From Eledone cirrhosa (lineage: Eukaryota): a DNA stretch of 64,000 bases. The DNA lies in assembly GCA_964016885.1 (NCBI GenBank), contig OZ024750.1:38688001-38752000 (forward strand), in the 5' to 3' direction. Below the pieces are notes generated by a model. The model made no database searches, was not told the DNA's origin, and worked only from the letters and a program-made list of their open reading frames with translations. Made by a program: the position numbers and the translations under genes. Shown piece by piece: positions 51,420 through 61,144 of this stretch. Each line of letters starts with the position of its first letter. Positions within the stretch are counted from its first letter, which is position 1.

Positions 51420-54334
51420 ACAGGACAGTGTCTAGTAATGTAGGTACTGGACAGTGTTTAGTAGTGTAGGTACAGGACAGTGACTAGTAATGTAGGTACA
51501 GGACAGTGTCTAGTAGTGTAGATACAGGACAGTGTCTAGTAATGTAGGTACAGGACAGTGTCTAGTAGTGTAGGTACGGGACAGTGACTAGTAATATAGG
51601 TACAGGACAGTGTCTAGTAATGTAGGTACTTGACAGTGACTAGTAATGTAGGTACAGGACAGTGTCTAGTAGTGTAGGTACAGGACAGTGTCTAGTAATG
51701 TAGGTACAGGACAGTGTCTAGTAGTGTAGGTACAGGACAGTGACTAGTAATGTAGGTACAGGACAGTGTCTAGTAATGTAGGTACTTGACAGTGACCAGT
51801 AATGTAGGTACAGGACAGTGTCTAGTAATGTAGGTACTTGACAGTGACTAGTAATGTAGGTACTGGACAGTGTCTAGTAGTGTAGGTACAGGACAGTGTC
51901 TAGTAATGTAGGTACAGGACAGTGTCTAGTAGTGTAGGTACAGGACAGTGACTAGTAATGTAGGTACAGGACAGTGTCTAGTAATGTAGGTACTTGACAG
52001 TGACTAGTAATGTAGGTACAGGACAGTGTCTAGTAATCTAGGTACTGGACAGTGTCTAGTAGTGTAGGTACAGGACAGTGTCTAGTAATGTAGGTACTGG
52101 ACAGTGTCTAGTAGTGTAGGTACAGGACAGTGTCTAGTAATGTAGGTACAGGACAGTGTCTAGTAGTGTAGGTACAGGACAGTGTCTAGTAATGTAGGTA
52201 CTGGACAGTGTCTAGTAATGTAGGTACAGCACAGTGACTAGTAATGTAGGTACAGGATAGTGTCTAGTAATGTAGGTACAGGACAGTGACTAGTAATGTA
52301 GGTACAGGACAGTGTCTAGTAATGTAGGTACTTGACAGTGACTAGTAATGTAGGTACAGGACAGTGTCTAGTAATATAGGTACTGGACAGTGTCTAGTAG
52401 TGTAGGTACAGGACAGTGTCTAGTAATGTAGGTACTGGACAGTGTCTAGTAATGTAGGTACAGGACAGTGTCTAGTAATGTAGGTACTGGACAGTGTCTA
52501 GTAATGTAGGTACTGGACAGTGTCTAGTAGTGTAGGTACAGGACAGTGACTAGTAATGTAGGTACAGGACAGTGTCTAGTAATATAGGTACTGGACAGTG
52601 TCTAGTAGTGTAGGTACAGGACAGTGACTAGTAATGTAGGTACTTGACAGTGACTAGTAATGTAGGTACAGGACAGTGTCTAGTAATGTAGGTACAGGAC
52701 AGTGTCTAGTAATGTAGGTACAGGACAGTGACTAGTAGAGTACGTACAGGACAGTGACTAGTAGAGTACGTACAGGACAGTGTCTAGTAGTGTAGGTACA
52801 GGACAGTGTCTAGTAATGTAGGTACAGGACAGTGTCTAGTAGTGTAGGTACAGGACAGTGTCTAGTAATGTAGTTACAGGACAGTGTCTAGTAATGTAGG
52901 TACAGGACAGTGTCTAGTAATGTAGGTACTGGACAGTGTTTAGTAGTGTAGGTACAGGACAGTGACTAGTAATGTAGGTACAGGACAGTGTCTAGTAGTG
53001 TAGGTACAGGACAGTGTCTAGTAATGTAGGTACAGGACAGTGTCTAGTAGTGTAGGTACAGGACAGTGACTAGTAATATAGGTACAGGACAGTGTCTAGT
53101 AATGTAGGTACTTGACAGTGACTAGTAATGTAGGTACAGGACAGTGTCTAGTAGTGTAGGTACAGGACAGTGTCTAGTAATGTAGGTACAGGACAGTGTC
53201 TAGTAGTGTAGGTTCAGGACAGTGACTAGTAATGTAGGTACAGGACAGTGTCTAGTAATGTAGGTACTTGACAGTGACCAGTAATGTAGGTACAGGACAG
53301 TGTCTAGTAATGTAGGTACTTGACAGTGACTAGTAATGTAGGTACTGGACAGTGTCTAGTAGTGTAGGTACAGGACAGTGTCTAGTAATGTAGGTACAGG
53401 ACAGTGTCTAGTAGTGTAGGTACAGGACAGTGACTAGTAATGTAGGTACAGGACAGTGTCTAGTAATGTAGGTACTTGACAGTGACTAGTAATGTAGGTA
53501 CAGGACAGTGTCTAGTAATCTAGGTACTGGACAGTGTCTAGTAGTGTAGGTACAGGACAGTGTCTAGTAATGTAGGTACTGGACAGTGTCTAGTAGTGTA
53601 GGTACAGGACAGTGTCTAGTAATGTAGGTACAGGACAGTGTCTAGTAGTGTAGGTACAGGACAGTGTCTAGTAATGTAGGTACTGGACAGTGTCTAGTAA
53701 TGTAGGTACAGCACAGTGACTAGTAATGTAGGTACAGGATAGTGTCTAGTAATGTAGGTACAGGACAGTGACTAGTAATGTAGGTACAGGACAGTGTCTA
53801 GTAATGTAGGTACTTGACAGTGACTAGTAATGTAGGTACAGGACAGTGTCTAGTAATATAGGTACTGGACAGTGTCTAGTAGTGTAGGTACAGGACAGTG
53901 TCTAGTAATGTAGGTACTGGACAGTGTCTAGTAATGTAGGTACAGGACAGTGTCTAGTAATGTAGGTACTGGACAGTGTCTAGTAATGTAGGTACTGGAC
54001 AGTGTCTAGTAGTGTAGGTACAGGACAGTGACTAGTAATGTAGGTACAGGACAGTGTCTAGTAATATAGGTACTGGACAGTGTCTAGTAGTGTAGGTACA
54101 GGACAGTGACTAGTAATGTAGGTACTTGACAGTGACTAGTAATGTAGGTACAGGACAGTGTCTAGTAATGTAGGTACAGGACAGTGTCTAGTAATGTAGG
54201 TACAGGACAGTGACTAGTAGAGTACGTACAGGACAGTGACTAGTAGAGTACGTACAGGACAGTGTCTAGTAGTGTAGGTACAGGACAGTGTCTAGTAATG
54301 TAGGTACAGGACAGTGTCTAGTAGTGTAGGTACT
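51420..54334 (+). repeat. 1482-bp (57-unit) tandem duplication: ~51420-52852 and ~52900-54334
   Basis: GTTTAG 51456/52938, GACCAGT 51794/53276, AATCTAGG 52035/53517. Confidence 0.9.
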
Positions 54335-57300
54335 TGACAGTGACTAGTAATGTAGGTACAGGACAGTGTCTTGTAATGTAGGTACAGGACAGTGTCTAGT
54401 AATGTAGGTGTAGGACAGTGTCTAGTAGTGTAGGTACAGGACAGTGACTAGTAATGTAGGTACAGGACAGTGTCTAGTAATGTAGGTACTGGACAGTGTC
54501 TAGTAATGTAGGTACTGGACAGTGTCTAGTAGTGTAGGTACAGGACAGTGTCTAGTAATGTAGGTACTGGACAGTGTCTAGTAGTGTAGGTACAGGACAG
54601 TGTCTAGTAATGTAGGTACTGGACAGTGTCTAGTAATGTAGGTACAGGACAGTGCTTAGTAATGTAGGTACAGGACAGTGTCTAGTAGTGTAGGTACAGG
54701 ACAGTGACTAGTAATGTAGGTACAGGACAGTGTCTAGTAATGTAGGTACTTGACATTGACTAGTAATGTAGGTACAGGACAGTGTCTAGTAGTGTAGGTA
54801 CAGGACAGTGTCTAGTAATGTAGGTACAGGACAGTGTCTAGTAATGAGGTACAGGACAGTGACTAGTAATGTAGGTACAGGACAGTGTCTAGTAATGTAG
54901 GTACTTGACAGTGACTAGTAATGTAGGTACAGGACAGTGTCTAGTAATGTAGGTACTTGACAGTGACTAGTAATGTAGGTACAGGACAGTGTCTAGTAGT
55001 GTAGGTACAGGACAGTGTCTAGTAATGTAGGTACAGGACAGTGTCTAGTAGTGTAGGTACAGGACAGTGACTAGTAATGTAGGTACAGGACAGTGTCTAG
55101 TAATGTAGGTACTTGACAGTGACTAGTAATGTAGGTACAGGACAGTGTCTAGTAATCTAGGTACTGGACAGTGTCTAGTAGAGTAGGTACAGGACAGTGT
55201 CTAGTAATGTAGGTACTGGACAGTGTCTAGTAGTGTAGGTACAGGACAGTGTCTAGTAATGTAGGTACAGGACAGTGTCTATTAGTGTAGGTACAGGACA
55301 GTGTCTAGTAATGTAGGTACTGGACAGTGTCTAGTAATGTAGGTACAGGACAGTGACTAGTAATGTAGGTACAGGATAGTGTCTAGTAATGTAGGTACAG
55401 GACAGTGTCTAGTAATGTAGGTACTTGACAGTGACTAGTAATGTAGGTACAGGATAGTGTCTAGTAATGTAGGTACAGGACAGTGTCTAGTAATGTAGGT
55501 ACTTGACAGTGACTAGTAATGTAGGTACAGGACAGTGTCTAGTAATGTAGGTACTGGACAGTGTCTAGTAGTGTAGGTACAGGACAGTGTCTAGTAATGT
55601 AGGTACTTGACAGTGACTAGTAATGTAGGTACAGGACAGTGTCTAGTAATGTAGGTACAGGACAGTGTCTAGTAATGTAGGTACAGGACAGTGACTAGTA
55701 GAGTACGTACAGGACAGTGACTAGTAGAGTACGTACAGGACAGTGTCTAGTAGTGTAGGTACAGGACAGTGTCTAGTAATGTAGGTACAGGACAGTGTCT
55801 AGTAGTGTAGGTACAGGACAGTGACTAGCAATGTAGGTACAGGGCAGTGTCTAGTAATGTAGGTACTTGACAGTGACTAGTAATGTAGGTACAGGACAGT
55901 GTCTTGTAATGTAGGTACAGGACAGTGTCTAGTAATGTAGGTATAGGACAGTGTCTAGTAGTGTAGGTACAGGACAGTGTCTAGTAGTATAGGTACTGGA
56001 CAGTGTCTAGTAATGTAGGTACAGGACAGTGTCTAGTAGTGTAGGTACAGGACAGTGACTAGTAATGTAGGTACAGGACAGTGTCTAGTAATGTAGGTAC
56101 TGGACAGTGTCTAGTAATGTAGGTACTGGACAGTGTCTAGTAGTGTAGGTACAGGACAGTGTCTAGTAATGTAGGTACTGGACAGTGTCTAGTAGTGTAG
56201 GTACAGGACAGTGTCTAGTAGTGTAGGTACTGGACAGTGTCTAGTAATGTAGGTACAGGACAGTGTCTAGTAATGTAGGTACAGGACAGTGTCTAGTAGT
56301 GTAGGTACAGGACAGTGACTAGTAATATAGGTACAGGACAGTGTCTAGTAATGTAGGTACTTGACAGTGACTAGTAATGTAGGTACAGGACAGTGTCTAG
56401 TAGTGTAGGTACAGGACAGTGTCTAGTAATGTAGGTACAGGACAGTGTCTAGTAGTGTAGGTACAGGACAGTGACTAGTAATGTAGGTACAGGACAGTGT
56501 CTAGTAATGTAGGTACTTGACAGTGACTAGTAATGTAGGTACAGGACAGTGTCTAGTAATGTAGGTACATGACAGTGACTAGTAATGTAGGTACTGGACA
56601 GTGTCTAGTAGTGTAGGTACAGGACAGTGTCTAGTAATGTAGGTACAGGAGAGTGTCTAGTAGTGTAGGTACAGGACAGTGACTAGTAATGTAGGTACAG
56701 GACAGTGTCTAGTAATGTAGGTACTTGACAGTGACTAGTAATGTAGGTACAGGACAGTGTCTAGTAATCTAGGTACTGGACAGTGTCTAGTAGTGTAGGT
56801 ACAGGACAGTGTCTAGTAATGTAGGTACTGGACAGTGTCTAGTAGTGTAGGTACAGGACAGTGTCTAGTAATGTAGGTACAGGACAGTGTCTAGTAGTGT
56901 AGGTACAGGACAGTGTCTAGTAATGTAGGTACTGGACAGTGTCTAGTAATGTAGGTACAGGACAGTGACTAGTAATGTAGGTACAGGATAGTGTCTAGTA
57001 ATGTAGGTACAGGACAGTGTCTAGTAATGTAGGTACTTGACAGTGACTAGTAATGTAGGTACAGGACAGTGTCTAGTAATGTAGGTACTGGACAGTGTCT
57101 AGTAGTGTAGGTACAGGACAGTGTCTAGTAATGTAGGTACTTGACAGTTAATAGTAATGTAGGTACAGGATAGTGTCTATTAATGTAGGTACAGGACAGT
57201 GTCTAGTAATGTAGGTACTTGACAGTGACTAGTAATGTAGGTACAGGACAGTGTCTAGTAATGTAGGTACTGGACAGTGTCTAGTAGTGTAGGTACAGGA

Positions 57301-60300
57301 CAGTGTCTAGTAATGTAGGTACTGGACAGTGTCTAGTAGTGTAGGTACAGGACACTGTCTAGTAATGTAGGTACAGGACAGTGTCTAGTAATGTAGGTAC
57401 TTGACAGTGACTAGTAATGTAGGTACAGGACAGTGTCTAGTAATGTAGGTACTGGACAGTGTCTAGTAGTGTAGGTACAGGACAGTGTCTAGTAATGTAG
57501 GTACTGGACAGTGTCTAGTAGTGTAGGTACAGGACACTGTCTAGTAATGTAGGTACAGGACAGTGTCTAGTAATGTAGGTACAGGACAGTGTCTAGTAAT
57601 GTAGGTACAGGACAGTGACTAGTAGAGAACGTACAGGACAGTGACTAGTAGAGTACGTACAGGACAGTGTCTAGTAGTGTAGGTACAGGACAGTGTCTAG
57701 TAATGTAGGTACAGGACAGTGTCTAGTAGTGTAGGTACAGGACAGTGACTAGTAATGTAGGTACAGGACAGTGTCTAGTAATGTAGGTACTTGACAGTGA
57801 CTAGTAATGTAGGTACAGGACAGTGTCTTGTAATGTAGGTACATGACAGTGTCTAGTAATGTAGGTACTGGACACTGTCTAGTAGTGTAGGTACAGGACA
57901 CTGTCTAGTAATGTAGGTACTGGACACTGTCTAGTAGTGTAGGTACAGGACAGTGTCTAGTAATGTAGGTTCTGGACAGTGTCTAGTAGTGTAGGTACAG
58001 GACAGTGTCTAGTAATGTAGGTACAGGACAGTGTCTAGTAATGTAGGTACTTGACAGTGACTAGTAATGTAGGTACAGGACAGTGTCTAGTAATGTAGGT
58101 ACTGGACAGTGTCTAGTAGTGTAGGTACAGGACAGTGTCTAGTAATGTAGGTACTGGACAGTGTTTAGTAGTGTAGGTACAGGACAGTGACTAGTAATGT
58201 AGGTACAGGACAGTGTCTAGTAGTGTAGGTACAGGACAGTGTCTAGTAATGTAGGTACAGGACAGTGTCTAGTAGTGTAGGTACAGGACAGTGACTAGTA
58301 ATATAGGTACAGGACAGTGTCTAGTAATGTAGGTACTTGATAGTGACTAGTAATGTAGGTACAGGACAGTGTCTAGTAATGTAGGTACAGGACAGTGTCT
58401 AGTAATGTAGGTACAGGACAGTGTCTAGTAGTGTAGGTACAGGACAGTGACTAGTAATGTAGGTACAGGACAGTGTCTAGTAATGTAGGTACTTGACAGT
58501 GACTAGTAATGTAGGTACAGGACAGTGTCTAGTAATGTAGGTACTTGACAGTGACTAGTAATGTAGGTACTGGACAGTGTCTAGTAGTGTAGGTACAGGA
58601 CAGTGTCTAGTAATGTAGGTACAGGACAGTGTCTAGTAGTGTAGGTACAGGACAGTGACTAGTAATGTAGGTACAGGACAGTGTCTAGTAATGTAGGTAC
58701 TTGACAGTGACTAGTAATGTAGGTACAGGACAGTGTCTAGTAATCTAGGTACTGGACAGTGTCTAGTAGTGTAGGTACAGGACAGTGTCTAGTAATGTAG
58801 GTACAGGACAGTGTCTAGTAGTGTAGGTACAGGACAGTGTCTAGTAATGTAGGTACTGGACAGTGTCTAGTAATGTAGGTACAGCACAGTGACTAGTAAT
58901 GTAGGTACAGGATAGTGTCTAGTAATGTAGGTACATGACAGTGACTAGTAATGTAGGTACAGGACAGTGTCTAGTAATGTAGGTACTTGACAGTGACTAG
59001 TAATGTAGGTACAGGACAGTGTCTAGTAATATAGGTACTGGACAGTGTCTAGTAGTGTAGGTACAGGACAGTGTCTAGTAATGTAGGTACTGGACAGTGT
59101 CTAGTAATGTAGGTACAGGACAGTGTCTAGTAATGTAGGTACTGGACAGTGTCTAGTAATGTAGGTACTGGACAGTGTCTAGTAGTGTAGGTACAGGACA
59201 GTGACTAGTAATGTAGGTACAGGACAGTGTCTAGTAATATAGGTACTGGACAGTGTCTAGTAGTGTAGGTACAGGACAGTGACTAGTAATGTAGGTACTT
59301 GACAGTGACTAGTAATGTAGGTACAGGACAGTGTCTAGTAATGTAGGTACAGGACAGTGTCTAGTAATGTAGGTACAGGACAGTGACTAGTAGAGTACGT
59401 ACAGGACAGTGACTAGTAGAGTACGTACAGGACAGTGTCTAGTAGTGTAGGTGCAGGACAGTGTCTAGTAATGTAGGTACAGGACAGTGTCAAGTAGTGT
59501 AGGTAGAGGACAGTGACTAGTAATGTGGGTACAGGACAGTGTCTAGTAATGTAGGTACTTGACAGTGACTAGTAATGTAGGTACAGGACAGTGTCTTGTA
59601 ATATAGGTACAGGACAGTGTCTAGTAATGTAGGTATAGGACAGTGTCTAGTAGTGTAGGTACAGGACAGTGACTAGTAATGTAGGTACAGGACAGTGTCT
59701 AGTAATGTAGGTACTGGACAGTGTCTAGTAATGCAGGTACTGGACAGTGTCTAGTAGTGTAGGTACAGGACAGTGTCTAGTAATGTAGGTACTGGACAGT
59801 GTCTAGTAGTGTAGGTACAGGACAGTGTCTAGTAATGTAGGTACTGGACAGTGTCTAGTAATGTAGGTACAGGACAGTGTCTAGTAATGTAGGTACAGGA
59901 CAGTGTCTAGTAGTGTAGGTACAGGACAGTGACTAGTAATGTAGGTACAGGACAGTGTCTAGTAATGTAGGTACTTGACAGTGACTAGTAATGTAGGTAC
60001 AGGACAGTGTCTAGTAGTGTAGGTACAGAACAGTGTCTAGTAATGTAGGTACAGGACAGTGTCTAGTAATGTAGGTACAGGACAGTGACTAGTAATGTAG
60101 GTACAGGACAGTGTCTAGTAATGTAGGTACTTGACAGTGACTAGTAATGTAGGTACAGGACAGTGTCTAGTAATGTAGGTACTTGACAGTGACTAGTAAT
60201 GTAGGTACAGGACAGTGTCTAGTAGTGTAGGTACAGGACAGTGTCTAGTAATGTAGGTACAGGACAGTGTCTAGTAGTGTAGGTACAGGACAGTGACTAG

Positions 60301-61144
60301 TAATGTAGGTACAGGACAGTGTCTAGTAATGTAGGTACTTGACAGTGACTAGTAATGTAGGTACAGGACAGTGTCTAGTAATCTAGGTACTGGACAGTGT
60401 CTAGTAGTGTAGGTACAGGACAGTGTCTAGTAGTGTAGGTACAGGACAGTGTCTAGTAATGTAGGTAGAGGACAGTGTCTATTAGTGTAGGTACAGGACA
60501 GTGTCTAGTAATGTAGGTACTGGACAGTGTCTAGTAATGTAGGTACAGGACAGTGACTAGTAACGTAGGTACAGGATAGTGTCTAGTAATGTAGGTACAG
60601 GACAGTGTCTAGTAATGTAGGTACTTGACAGTGACTAGTAATGTAGGTACAGGATAGTGTCTAGTAGTGTAGGTACAGGACAGTGACTAGTAATGTAGGT
60701 ACAGGACAGTGTCTAGTAATGTAGGTACTGGACAGTGTCTAGTAGTTTAGGTACAGGACAGTGTCTAGTAATGTAGGTACAGGACAGTGTCTAGTAGTGT
60801 AGGTACAGGACAGTGACTAGTAATGTAGGTACAGGACAGTGTCTAGTAATGTAGGTACTGGACAGTGTCTAGTAATGTAGGTACTGGACAGTGTCTAGTA
60901 GTGTAGGTACAGGACAGTGTCTAGTAATGTAGGTACTGGACACTGTCTAGTAGTGTAGGTACAGGACAGTGTCTAGTAATGTAGGTACTGGACAGTGTCT
61001 AGTAGTGTAGGTACAGGACAGTGTCTAGTAATGTAGGTACAGGACAGTGTCTAGTAATGTAGGTACTTGACAGTGACTAGTAATGTAGGTACAGGACAGT
61101 GTCTAGTAATGTAGGTACTGGACAGTGTCTAGTAGTGTAGTTAC